32,897 bases of DNA from an uncultured bacterium (GTDB taxonomy: Bacteria; Patescibacteriota; Minisyncoccia; Phycocordibacterales; GWA1-40-21). This document shows, in pieces, positions 1 through 8,721 of the stretch (the stretch's first letter is position 1; each line of letters starts with the position of its first letter). The notes below the pieces were generated by a model that was given only the letters and a program-made list of their open reading frames with translations, ran no database searches and was not told the DNA's origin. Where the stretch lies: contig CAIKXE010000009.1 in the NCBI GenBank assembly GCA_903831305.1, positions 1 to 32,897 of the forward strand. Reading direction: 5' to 3'. Position numbers and translations under genes: made by a program.

Positions 1-357
1 GGCCGTGGTAATCATCTGTTCACGGACGTTTGGCGGGATGACTTCCACGGGCTGACCGCGTTCGCGGGCTACTTGTTGTTGGAGTTCAAAGTAGGATTCG
101 GGGACGTCCTGGGGTTTGATGATATAGGCGTCGTAAATAGCCGGACGGAGCATTTCTAGGTTCCTTTCTTTGACCCGTTCGTCGGGATTCAAAAACACCT
201 TTTCTAGACGAGCCATGTAGGCTTCTAGACGCTCAGCGGGGTCATTGGGTAAGTCTTCACCGGTGAGGCGTTCTTGTTTGGCCACAGCATCGGTGACTTC
301 ATCAGATGTTTGGAGCTCGGGGATTTTGAGGTGCAGGGGGTGTTTGAAGTTTTCCAT
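1..357 (-). CDS. Hypothetical protein, N-terminal part only (runs off the window start)
   Basis: Not in the ORF track. I read an open frame from ATG at 357: MENFKHPLHLKIPELQTSDEVTDAVAKQERLTGEDLPNDPAERLEAYMARLEKVFLNPDERVKERNLEMLRPAIYDAYIIKPQDVPESYFELQQQ..., with no stop before position 1. TGtTATACT lies 6 nt upstream. Confidence 0.85.
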   Translation of the reverse strand, partial: MENFKHPLHLKIPELQTSDEVTDAVAKQERLTGEDLPNDPAERLEAYMARLEKVFLNPDERVKERNLEMLRPAIYDAYIIKPQDVPESYFELQQQVARERGQPVEVIPPNVREQMITTA

Positions 358-395
358 GAAGGAAGTATAACAAAGTTAACAAAAAAAACTAGGTG

Positions 396-1565
396 CTAAA
401 CAATGATTCCTCCGCCAAGACATACCTCCCCATCATAAAACACCACGGACTGGCCGGGGGTGGGGGCTTTTTGCGGATTAGTAAATTTTATAACTAGGTT
501 TTTTCCTGACTGAGTGAAACGGCACTTCTCCAGAGGTTGACGGTAACGAATACGGGCTGAATATTCTCTGGTAAAATCCGGAGCTTGGCCCAAGGTCCAA
601 TTCACCTCTTTTAATTTTATTTCCTTACTAGACACATCAGCTTCCAGGAGCGGATTATGAGAAACGGTTATAGTATTTTTCTTGAAATCTTTACTGATGA
701 CAAAATAGCGGTCTTCTGTGGTCGTTTTTTTAGTAATCTTAAAACCATGTCTCTGACCCAAGGTATAAAGCTCTACTCCCTCATGGGTGCCGATAATTTC
801 TCCACTTTCATTTAGCACTTTGCCAGACTTGGTCTTAATAAAATGCTTTAGGAACTCCGCCATCTCCACTTTACCAATAAAGCATAAGCCCTGGCTATCC
901 TTCTTCTCCGCCGTTTCTAGGCCAAACTTTTTAGCCAGCTTACGCACCACAAGCTTCTCCATATTTCCCACCGGAAAAAGTGTTTTGGATAATTGCTTTT
1001 GGGTCAAAGTCCAGAGGAAGTAACTTTGATCTTTATTTTTATCTTTACCAGCTAACAGACTAGCACGCACAAGCCGGCCACCAGAAAAAAGCTCAGACTC
1101 AGGTCCTCGGATCTCCTTCGCAGACTCGGCCAGACCATTCGCCTGACAAATTTTCTGATGTCCGGCCACCACTCTCGCGTAATGCCCGGTGGCCACATAA
1201 TCCGCGCCACGCTTCATGGTCCAGTCAAAAAATCCACCAAATTTCACATATTTATTACACATCACATCCGGATTTGGCGTTCGGCCGGCTTTATATTCCC
1301 CAATCATATAATCCACCACTTCTTTTTTATATTCTTTTTCCAAATCTAAAGTATAAAAAGGAATTTGCAGTTTGGCACAAACCCGCATAGCATCCAACCG
1401 GTCCTCCTTCATGGTACAGCCACCCCAAAAATCCGGTTGCCAGACTTTAATGAATACACCGGACACGTCATAACCAGCCTCTTTAAGTAAAGCCGCTGAC
1501 ACAGATGAGTCCACCCCGCCGGATAGGCCCACAAATACCTTCTTTTGATCACCTTTTTTAACCAT
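396..1565 (-). CDS. mnmA: tRNA 2-thiouridine(34) synthase MnmA
   Basis: SGGVDS PP-loop, GRTPNPDVMCN, ATGHYAR, KDQSYFL, DSQGLCFIG, YTLGQR, RIRYRQ, PGQSVVFY...CLGGG motifs. Confidence 0.97.
   Translation of the reverse strand: MVKKGDQKKVFVGLSGGVDSSVSAALLKEAGYDVSGVFIKVWQPDFWGGCTMKEDRLDAMRVCAKLQIPFYTLDLEKEYKKEVVDYMIGEYKAGRTPNPDVMCNKYVKFGGFFDWTMKRGADYVATGHYARVVAGHQKICQANGLAESAKEIRGPESELFSGGRLVRASLLAGKDKNKDQSYFLWTLTQKQLSKTLFPVGNMEKLVVRKLAKKFGLETAEKKDSQGLCFIGKVEMAEFLKHFIKTKSGKVLNESGEIIGTHEGVELYTLGQRHGFKITKKTTTEDRYFVISKDFKKNTITVSHNPLLEADVSSKEIKLKEVNWTLGQAPDFTREYSARIRYRQPLEKCRFTQSGKNLVIKFTNPQKAPTPGQSVVFYDGEVCLGGGIIV
1074..1165. repeat. Palindromic element with terminal inverted repeats, inside the mnmA reading frame
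   Basis: CCGGCCACCAGAAAA (1074-1088) versus the reverse complement of 1151-1165 (CCGGACATCAGAAAA), 13/15 match. It coincides with an unusually long peptide between ATGHYAR and LLAGKD. Confidence 0.65.
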
Positions 1566-1569
1566 AAAC

Positions 1570-2517
1570 CTATTTTAGGTATAATTCCTTATTTTGCAAA
1601 TGCTCGGCATAGGTCCGGGCATAATGCATATCCCCCTCTTTATCCGTCAGAAAATAAAGATAATCTGTTTTAGTTGGGGTAACAGTGGCTAAAATAGAGT
1701 CCAAACCAGGGTTAGCTATCGGCGTTGGAGGCAAACCTTTATACAAATAACTGTTGTAAGGAGAGTCAATCTTCAAATCCGCCAGTGTAAGCTCGGCTGT
1801 TCCCTTGCCGTTAATATATTTAAAGGAAGAATCAACCTGAAGTGGCATATTTAGAGCTAGCCTCTTCCATAAAATACCCGCCACAACCTTCCTAGACTCA
1901 GTTGTCCTAGCCTCCTCTTCAACAATAGAGGCTAACTTGATAATGTCCGCTAAAGGTTTTTTATAATTTGTAATTTCATTTTTTATTGTAGCAATCCGCT
2001 TATCAAAATTACTTTTCAAAACAGGGATAATATCTACAACTGATATGTTAGGTAAAAACAAGTAGGTATCGGGAAATAAATACCCTTCGTCCTTTTTTGA
2101 TTGCTCTATAAAATCCTTCTCGCTGATTTTTGAAAAGTTCTTGGCTACTAATTTTCCTATCTCAAAAATATTCAAACCCTCAGGAATAGTTAGCTTGATT
2201 GGCACGAGTCTAAAATCCCCTTTTGAAATACGGTAAGCAATAGACATTACTCCCTCTTTATCCTTTAGTGCATAATCCCCGGATTTGATACCCTTTGTGC
2301 CCCCGGTGAGTACAGAAAATACTTTAAACCAAAAGGGAGACTTGATAATGTTATTCTTAGCTAGGTCAGCAGAGAGAGCACTGAGACCCGTCCCTTTATT
2401 AACAGTAAAAACTGTGCTAGTAGGAAAATCACGGGGTGCAAAAAGTACTGAAGCACTTAGAACAAAAAAAATAAATATTGCGAGGAACAACACAGAAATA
2501 GTAAATCTCCGTTTCAT
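1570..2517 (-). CDS. mltG: Endolytic transglycosylase MltG (YceG family)
   Basis: N-terminal TM helix; LTIPEG, EGYLFPDTY, LASIVEEE, MPLQVD, SPYNSY..GLPPTPIANPG, YLYF motifs. Confidence 0.95.
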   Translation of the reverse strand: MKRRFTISVLFLAIFIFFVLSASVLFAPRDFPTSTVFTVNKGTGLSALSADLAKNNIIKSPFWFKVFSVLTGGTKGIKSGDYALKDKEGVMSIAYRISKGDFRLVPIKLTIPEGLNIFEIGKLVAKNFSKISEKDFIEQSKKDEGYLFPDTYLFLPNISVVDIIPVLKSNFDKRIATIKNEITNYKKPLADIIKLASIVEEEARTTESRKVVAGILWKRLALNMPLQVDSSFKYINGKGTAELTLADLKIDSPYNSYLYKGLPPTPIANPGLDSILATVTPTKTDYLYFLTDKEGDMHYARTYAEHLQNKELYLK

Positions 2518-2519
2518 AA

Positions 2520-3836
2520 CTAATTCTTAATTGGCAGATTAGGTGGCGGTTCAGACTTTTTAGAAGCAATTTTAGCGAGCGTTGGCGTGGCGGACACATT
2601 ACCAGGAAAGTGATAAATAGTGGCAAGCTCTTCCGTGTTCAGAACAAAAGCATTTTGTTTATAGTTTTGATAGGGTGGATAGAAAAAGGAGCGAAGGCGG
2701 TAGGCATCATACATCTTGCCCACTAATACTGCCTTTTTACGGTCAATTACCTTTTTAAGAAAAGGAAAAATAGTAGACGCATCCTTAAAGGGGTCACCTA
2801 CATCGGTCTTGGTTTGCAACTTAAAACCGTTCAGACTATTAGAGCTATACTGCCGCATGCTACCAATGAGACCAGAAATATATACCGGGTTAAACAGATC
2901 TTTTTCTGAGATATAAAATCCACGAATGCAGGTATCAAAAGCCAACTTACTAATACCGCGCTCAATGGCAGCGATGGTCTCCGTCTGGCCCTTGGTCATA
3001 TTGGGAAATTTAACGGTTTCTTTAGCCTTAACCACATCTGCGGCATTTACTTTGTCTGGCTCTTTATCAAACATTGAGCCGATCTTGATCTTCTTGATTT
3101 CGTCTCTGGCGGCTTTTCTCCAATCATCCTTTTTGGTCCATCTAAAGCTCTTCAGATCCTCCTTACCGTGCTTTTTAATCAAAATCTGAATCCAAATCTG
3201 TTGGCCTTTAGTAGCAGAACCTAGATATTCTAAAACGGCAGTCATAGGATCTATCCGGTATTCATCCTTCTGATCAGCATCCAGGCTATAATCCACATAG
3301 GTCTTGATCGGATAAATATCAGCCTTGGTTAAACCAAATTGCAAACCCCACATACTAAACTTGTTGATATCATAAATGAATTGTTTGACATAATCCTTCT
3401 CAGTGGGTACCTCGTAGATTTCTACGGTTGGATATTGAGCATAGATCTGAGCTTCAAGTAAATTTTTATACTTCTTCTCTGATGACCAGACATAAAAATG
3501 CACCTGACCCTCAATAGATACAAGCTCTAGCGAAAACCAACCCTGAACCTTTCCGTCAATATAAGCCTCAGTATAGTTTGCGGCACCTGACTGTTGCATT
3601 GCACCAAAAATAATCTCCATGGCTAGCGGTGACTTTTGAATATCCTTTGGAATTTTAATTTCTAAAAGAACTGGTTTCTGTTTAGACAGATACTTCAACT
3701 GAACCATCCTGACATATAAAACAATCGCTACATAAATCAGAATAAATGGAACATAAATAGGTGAAAAGACAAAAAGAATTTTATATAGCAGAGGCAGAAT
3801 CTCAGTATTAAACCTTGTAAGAAGTTCTAAAAGCAT
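2520..3836 (-). CDS. Conserved hypothetical membrane-anchored protein (Patescibacteria type)
   Basis: 438 aa ORF with N-terminal TM. Motifs LLEIKIP, WFSLELVS, IYAQYP, YPIKTY, LNTEELATIYHFP and C-terminal PPPNLP resemble, from memory, a CPR family often found near VirD4-like ATPases. Confidence 0.75.
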   Translation of the reverse strand: MLLELLTRFNTEILPLLYKILFVFSPIYVPFILIYVAIVLYVRMVQLKYLSKQKPVLLEIKIPKDIQKSPLAMEIIFGAMQQSGAANYTEAYIDGKVQGWFSLELVSIEGQVHFYVWSSEKKYKNLLEAQIYAQYPTVEIYEVPTEKDYVKQFIYDINKFSMWGLQFGLTKADIYPIKTYVDYSLDADQKDEYRIDPMTAVLEYLGSATKGQQIWIQILIKKHGKEDLKSFRWTKKDDWRKAARDEIKKIKIGSMFDKEPDKVNAADVVKAKETVKFPNMTKGQTETIAAIERGISKLAFDTCIRGFYISEKDLFNPVYISGLIGSMRQYSSNSLNGFKLQTKTDVGDPFKDASTIFPFLKKVIDRKKAVLVGKMYDAYRLRSFFYPPYQNYKQNAFVLNTEELATIYHFPGNVSATPTLAKIASKKSEPPPNLPIKN

Positions 3837-3871
3837 GCTCCTATTTTATCACAAACAAATTATCTTGCCAA

Positions 3872-3900
3872 ACAAAAATCCCCGATTAGGGGACTTTTGT
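3872..3900 (-). terminator. Probable intrinsic terminator
   Basis: Minus strand ACAAAAGTCCCC-TAATC-GGGGATTTTTGT: hairpin followed by T-run, immediately after the stop at 3902. Confidence 0.7.
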
Positions 3901-3901
3901 G

Positions 3902-4936
3902 CTACTTTACTATCTCGTATTTGCCGTCTTTGTTTTTCTTGAAATACTTAGGATTCTGAAGATTGATGACAATGGTATTTTCCTTCACATAGCGCTCTTT
4001 TAACACCTTTTGAATCACCTCAGCTTTGGTCAAAGGACCATTTTTTTCTAAAATTTTTCTAATCACATCTTTAACCACTCCGCTCATATAGCCCCATTCA
4101 GACAAGGCGTATAATCCCCGACCAACCAGGACAAAGCGTGGATCTTTGATAAGCTCATTATGACAGGTGGCCACATGGGCTTTGATCTTAAAAACTTCTG
4201 TGATGATCTTTACCACCTCTCTAAAGTGGATTGGGGAACCGTGTCTCCTGATGATCAAGTAAGCATAATCTCGCATACCCTTGGTGCTGATATTTGAGGA
4301 CTCGGTCTTACCCCATTCACCTAAAGTGTTCTTACCAATTTTTTTGGATAAAGATAACCAACGTCTGGCAATCTCATCATTGCGATATTTTTCAGACACA
4401 TCTTCTAATTGGCTTAAAAAGGATTTGATAATATCCGGCTCAGAAAGCAAATCTTCACTCTTCAGTGTCGCATATAGCTTTCTCAGGGCCTCATGTACCT
4501 TTTCAGACAAGTTACTATCAATAAACCAACGGTGTTTAAAATCTTCATCCTCTTTTATTTTATTAAAAGGATGTCCGGCCACTAACAGAAAGTTAATATG
4601 ACTCTGGACTGAGGCATCGGTAGAAATATAATCCAATAAATCTTGCTCGGTTACAATACCACCCAAGGAGTGAATAATCTTTTCAATTTCATCAAAGACC
4701 GGCTTCTCTTCAGTATACTGCTTGGACTTGCGAATAACGGCCAAAGCATGGTTTTCAATCTGGCGAACTCGCTCACGGGTGATACCATAGGTCTTGCCAA
4801 TAGCATCCAAAGTCATTGGTTCTGCACTTTTACCTAAGCCATATCTCTTAGTCATCACATCGCGAGAGCGCGGTGAAAGAGCCTCAATCAGGGTCTTGGT
4901 AGCTTGCTTTGGTTTGAAATTGACGATGGTTGACAT
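3902..4936 (-). CDS. Sigma70 region-4 HTH plus HARE-HTH (RNAP delta-like) winged-helix DNA-binding protein
   Basis: RYGL...TLDAIGKTYGITRERVRQIE is a sigma region 4.2. The C-terminal PIHFREV...TCHNELIKDPRFVLVGRGLYALSEW resembles HARE-HTH. No sigma region 2 is present. Confidence 0.8.
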   Translation of the reverse strand: MSTIVNFKPKQATKTLIEALSPRSRDVMTKRYGLGKSAEPMTLDAIGKTYGITRERVRQIENHALAVIRKSKQYTEEKPVFDEIEKIIHSLGGIVTEQDLLDYISTDASVQSHINFLLVAGHPFNKIKEDEDFKHRWFIDSNLSEKVHEALRKLYATLKSEDLLSEPDIIKSFLSQLEDVSEKYRNDEIARRWLSLSKKIGKNTLGEWGKTESSNISTKGMRDYAYLIIRRHGSPIHFREVVKIITEVFKIKAHVATCHNELIKDPRFVLVGRGLYALSEWGYMSGVVKDVIRKILEKNGPLTKAEVIQKVLKERYVKENTIVINLQNPKYFKKNKDGKYEIVK

Positions 4937-4982
4937 AAAATTTTGTTTAATAAATATTGACTAATAATAACGTCTTGCGTCT

Positions 4983-5011
4983 ACTATAGCACCCTTCCTA
5001 TTTTAAGTCAA
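4983..5011 (-). promoter_or_regulatory. Sigma70 promoter for the sigma4/HARE-HTH gene
   Basis: TTGACT-17 nt-TATAGT with a TGn extension on the minus strand. Confidence 0.65.
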
Positions 5012-5023
5012 ATTGAATTCTGG

Positions 5024-5062
5024 CGTCAACCTGGCGCGTTGTTGCAACGTTCAAGGTTGACG
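5024..5062. repeat. Imperfect palindrome (REP-like) downstream of leuS
   Basis: CGTCAACCT...AGGTTGACG arms with inner CGTTG/CAACG. Shares its CGTCAAC/GTTGACG arms with 29782-29802. Confidence 0.6.
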
Positions 5063-5067
5063 ACATT

Positions 5068-7971
5068 TTAATTTGTGATCAAAGAGAGTATCCTTTCTTT
5101 GATAAATAGCTTCTTGATTATCTCCTTACCGGTCAGCCACTTGGAGACATCATCCCGGGCAAAGGCGGCTTTTTCTACTTCCGCCTGAGTGGAGCCAACA
5201 GGCATTTCAAAGGAAGCACGAGGCTTACCGTTAATCTGAACCATCACCATAATCTTCTCAGAAATAATCTTTTTCTCATTATAATCCGGCCATTTTTCCA
5301 GATGGATGGACTTTTTATGACCGAGCTTTGCCCAGATCTCCTCCGTCATGTGGGGCGCAAAAGGAGCTAGCATTTTTAAAATTATCTCGTAATCCGCCTT
5401 AGTAATCTCTATTTTCTCCGCCAAATTCACCAGAATCATAAAAGCAGAAATAGCGGTGTTAAAATTAAAATTCACAATATCCTCAGTGACTTTTTTTATT
5501 GTCTTATGAAGTAACGTTTCAAATTTATGATCAACTTCCTGATTTCGGGATACCCTCGGAGCGATTAGTTCTGACGTTAAGCGGAGAGGGTTTCCCGAAA
5601 TCCTCTCTTGTAACTTCCACACCTTATCCAAGAACCGGCGAGAGCCCACCATGTTATCCGTACTCCAAGCAATCTCTTGTTCAAATGGACCCATAAACAT
5701 CTCGTACACCCGTAAGGCATCGGCACCCACATTTTTTACCACCTCATCAGGATTCACTACATTGCCCCAGCGCTTACTCATCTTCCTAGAGTCTGAGCCA
5801 AGGACCATCCCTTGATTTTTCAACTGCTTGAAAGGTTCCTTTTCACTCACCGCCCCGATATCAAAGAGAAACTTATGCCAAAAACGAGCATAGATCAAGT
5901 GTCTGGTGGCGTGTTCGGTTCCACCCACATATAGATCCACCCCATTCTTCATCCAATACTTTTCCTTCTTTTTATCCACTAACGCTTTTTTATTCTTGGG
6001 ATTAATATAACGTAAGTAATACCAGGATGATCCAGCCCACTGGGGCATTGTATTTGTCTCCCGCTTGGCCTTACCGCCACATTTAGGGCATTTAGTATTC
6101 ACCCATTTAGTAATAGCGGCTAATGGTGACTCCCCGGTCCCGGTGGGCTCATAAAATTTTACTTTAGGTAATTTGATCGGTAACTGCTTTTCTGGTACAG
6201 CCACCACACCGCATTTATCACAGTGCACTACCGGAATGGGCTCACCCCAATAACGCTGACGAGAGAAAACCCAGTCCTTCAGTTTATATGACACTTTTAC
6301 TTTTCCAAAAGCCTTAGTAATCTCTTTCTCCGCCTTCTCGTTATCCGTACCATCAAACTTACCAGAATTTATCAAAACGCCGGTGCTGGTATAGGCGGTC
6401 ACCTCCTTACCAATTCTTTCTAGCCAAATATCCATCTCCGCATGTGTCATAAAATCAACCGTCAGAGTCTTTAAATCTGCCCAAAAGACATCCGCCTGAT
6501 CAGCCTCCTCCTTGGAAATCGGTGCCCTCTCCTCATCCTTTAAATCAAAAGAAACCAGGGTAGTGTAAGAAACACGGTTCACATCCTTATGAGCCGCAAA
6601 ATATTCTGCTCGCACTTGCCCACCAAGGATTTTCCCGTTTGCTAGATTTTTATAACCGGTTTCCTCCAGGACTTCTCTTTTAGCCGCGGTTAAAATATCC
6701 TCACCATCCGTGCCACCCATCGGGAAAGTTCGCCAGTCATGCTTTTTCCACTGCAAACATAAAATTTTATTATCTTTAGGATTTCGGACTACCACTTGCA
6801 CATTTTGTCTCGTCACTTTCTCTTTACCAGGAACCGGAGGATTTCTCTTATCAATCCGCACTGGAATAATCACTTCCTTGATCGGCAAATTATATTTTGT
6901 CGCAAAGGCAAAATCTCGTTCATCATGAGCCGGCACCGCCATCACGGCGCCAGTACCATAATCAGCCAAAACATAATCTGACATCCAAACTGGCACCTTT
7001 TCACCCGTGGCGGGGTTTATCACAAACACCCCCTTGAGCGCTACACCGGTTTTACTTTTATTGACCGCGGTCCTTTCTATCTCCGTCTTAGTTTTAGCCT
7101 CGGCCATATATTTCTCCACTTCTGGCCAGTTTTTAATCTGTGTTTTTAGTTCCCCTACCAGCTTACTCTCCGGCGCCAGCACCACATAGGTCACACCAAA
7201 CAGAGTATCCGCTCTAGTGGTAAATACTTTGATACTTGATTTTGAGTCAACCACTTTAAACTCTAATTCTGCCCCCTCAGACCGGCCAATCCAGTTCCGC
7301 TGACTCTCTTTAACTGATTCTGGCCAATTCAAATCATCAATATCTTTTAAAAGTCTGTCAGCATAATCAGTAATTTTAAGTACCCACTGACGCATCGGCT
7401 TCTTTTCTACCACGGTACCACAGCGTTCACATTTACCATCTTCCAAATCTTCATTGGCTAGACCAGTTTTACAGGAGGGACACCAGTTGATCGGCTCAAA
7501 GCTTTCATAGGCTAAACCTTTCTTAAATAATTGTAAAAATATCCACTGGGTCCATTTATAATAATTTGGATCCGTGGTATTTATCTCTCTGGACCAATCA
7601 TAATTTAAACCGAGAATAGATATTTGTTCTTTATATCTTTTTACGTTTATTTTGTCAGAAATTACAGGATTAATTTTATTTTTAATCGCAAAATTCTCTG
7701 CTGGCAGACCAAAGGAGTCCCAACCCATAGGGTGAAGAACATTGAAACCGTGCATTCTTTTATATCTGGAGTAGACATCAGTTGCCACATATCCACGTGG
7801 GTGTCCAACATGCAAACCGGTTCCAGACGGATAAGGAAACATATCCAGGACATAGAACTTCTTACCCTTGGCTGTGTCCTTGGTTAAATTTACCTTCTTT
7901 TTCTCCCACACCTTGCGCCACTTTGGCTCGATTTTTAAATGATTATACTCCCCGCCTATTTGCTTTTTCAT
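5068..7971 (-). CDS. leuS: Leucine--tRNA ligase with an inserted NUDIX domain
   Basis: MFPYPSG.GLHVGH (HIGH), GWDSFGLPAEN, editing domain VFTTRADT/GTGAVMAVPAHD, DWVFSRQRYWGEPIP, KMSKR (KMSKS). Nudix box GGTDGEDILTAAKREVLEETG at about 6657-6717. Confidence 0.97.
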   Translation of the reverse strand: MKKQIGGEYNHLKIEPKWRKVWEKKKVNLTKDTAKGKKFYVLDMFPYPSGTGLHVGHPRGYVATDVYSRYKRMHGFNVLHPMGWDSFGLPAENFAIKNKINPVISDKINVKRYKEQISILGLNYDWSREINTTDPNYYKWTQWIFLQLFKKGLAYESFEPINWCPSCKTGLANEDLEDGKCERCGTVVEKKPMRQWVLKITDYADRLLKDIDDLNWPESVKESQRNWIGRSEGAELEFKVVDSKSSIKVFTTRADTLFGVTYVVLAPESKLVGELKTQIKNWPEVEKYMAEAKTKTEIERTAVNKSKTGVALKGVFVINPATGEKVPVWMSDYVLADYGTGAVMAVPAHDERDFAFATKYNLPIKEVIIPVRIDKRNPPVPGKEKVTRQNVQVVVRNPKDNKILCLQWKKHDWRTFPMGGTDGEDILTAAKREVLEETGYKNLANGKILGGQVRAEYFAAHKDVNRVSYTTLVSFDLKDEERAPISKEEADQADVFWADLKTLTVDFMTHAEMDIWLERIGKEVTAYTSTGVLINSGKFDGTDNEKAEKEITKAFGKVKVSYKLKDWVFSRQRYWGEPIPVVHCDKCGVVAVPEKQLPIKLPKVKFYEPTGTGESPLAAITKWVNTKCPKCGGKAKRETNTMPQWAGSSWYYLRYINPKNKKALVDKKKEKYWMKNGVDLYVGGTEHATRHLIYARFWHKFLFDIGAVSEKEPFKQLKNQGMVLGSDSRKMSKRWGNVVNPDEVVKNVGADALRVYEMFMGPFEQEIAWSTDNMVGSRRFLDKVWKLQERISGNPLRLTSELIAPRVSRNQEVDHKFETLLHKTIKKVTEDIVNFNFNTAISAFMILVNLAEKIEITKADYEIILKMLAPFAPHMTEEIWAKLGHKKSIHLEKWPDYNEKKIISEKIMVMVQINGKPRASFEMPVGSTQAEVEKAAFARDDVSKWLTGKEIIKKLFIKERILSLITN
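5541..5602. repeat. Palindromic element inside the leuS reading frame
   Basis: GATTTCGGGATACCCTC (5541-5557) versus GAGGGTTTCCCGAAATC (5586-5602), 16/17 inverted match. Encodes ISGNPLRLTSELIAPRVSRN in a loop of the anticodon-binding domain. Confidence 0.75.
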
Positions 7972-8013
7972 ATCCTAATACTACAACAAAACCCCCCGCC
8001 AAGCAAAGGCCAT

Positions 8014-8126
8014 ACCACCTCCCCTCGCGGACTCGGTACTCCTCCTTAGAAAAGGCGGAGCAAGCAAAACCTCCCCTTTCCCCTCCTTTTCTAAGTAGGG
8101 GTGACCATTCTGATGGACGAGGTGGT
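8014..8126. repeat. ~113 bp bipartite palindromic element (MITE/REP-like)
   Basis: ACCACCTC...ACTCCTCCTTAGAAAAGGCGGAG on the left is the inverted counterpart of TCCCCTCCTTTTCTAAGTAGGGGT...GAGGTGGT on the right. Each half also forms its own hairpin. Confidence 0.7.
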
Positions 8127-8132
8127 GATGTG

Positions 8133-8672
8133 TTAATCCTTAAACTTCTTGACCGCAAAATAGATAAGAGTACAAAGTGCCACAAAGAGGATAGCGACTC
8201 GGAGGGCATTACCCGCCTCAGACCAATAACGAATGGAGGCTATAATAATAGAAAGTAAACCTCCCATTGAGGCGGAAACTGACAAGATCCAATTAAATGA
8301 TAGCATAAAGCTAACAGCCACTAATAGTATTCCAAGACTGACTAAAGCAATAAAGATATTTTTTTCATAAGTGATTCTGGCGTCATTATAATCATTATTA
8401 CAAGTGAATTGTAGGTTACAATAACCGGCTGGGATGGTCTCACCTGGAATAGAAGGCTTACCATAATAATTTGCATCCCACTGACCTCCTTTAGCTAAGC
8501 AGGCGTCCTTGGTGGTAATAGCCTCAATCACTTGCTCTTGCTTACAGAATTGATCATATTGCGGAGCACTATAAATCAGAGAAATAGCGTAATTAAAAAA
8601 CATATTTATCACGATTACGATTCCGATAACTAATGACCACTTTACAATAGCTGGATATTTTTTTGGTTCCAT
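8133..8672 (-). CDS. Hypothetical membrane protein (about 4 TM, Cys-containing extracellular loop)
   Basis: One N-terminal and three C-terminal hydrophobic helices; loop with four Cys (FC..AC..YC...TC). Confidence 0.8.
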   Translation of the reverse strand: MEPKKYPAIVKWSLVIGIVIVINMFFNYAISLIYSAPQYDQFCKQEQVIEAITTKDACLAKGGQWDANYYGKPSIPGETIPAGYCNLQFTCNNDYNDARITYEKNIFIALVSLGILLVAVSFMLSFNWILSVSASMGGLLSIIIASIRYWSEAGNALRVAILFVALCTLIYFAVKKFKD

Positions 8673-8721
8673 TTGCTTAATTTGATTAAACTAATAATTG
8701 ATACATTATACCACAAAGAAG

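Noticed and set aside
3902-4936. Bona fide sigma factor (rpoD)
   Set aside because: Only region 4 is present; there is no region 2.
7972-8132. T-box riboswitch upstream of leuS
   Set aside because: I found no T-box consensus or specifier stem, and the region is explained by a symmetric palindrome.
7782-8258. ORFs 7782-8258(+) and 7943-8209(-)
   Set aside because: They overlap real genes and are read-throughs of the GC-rich palindromic element.
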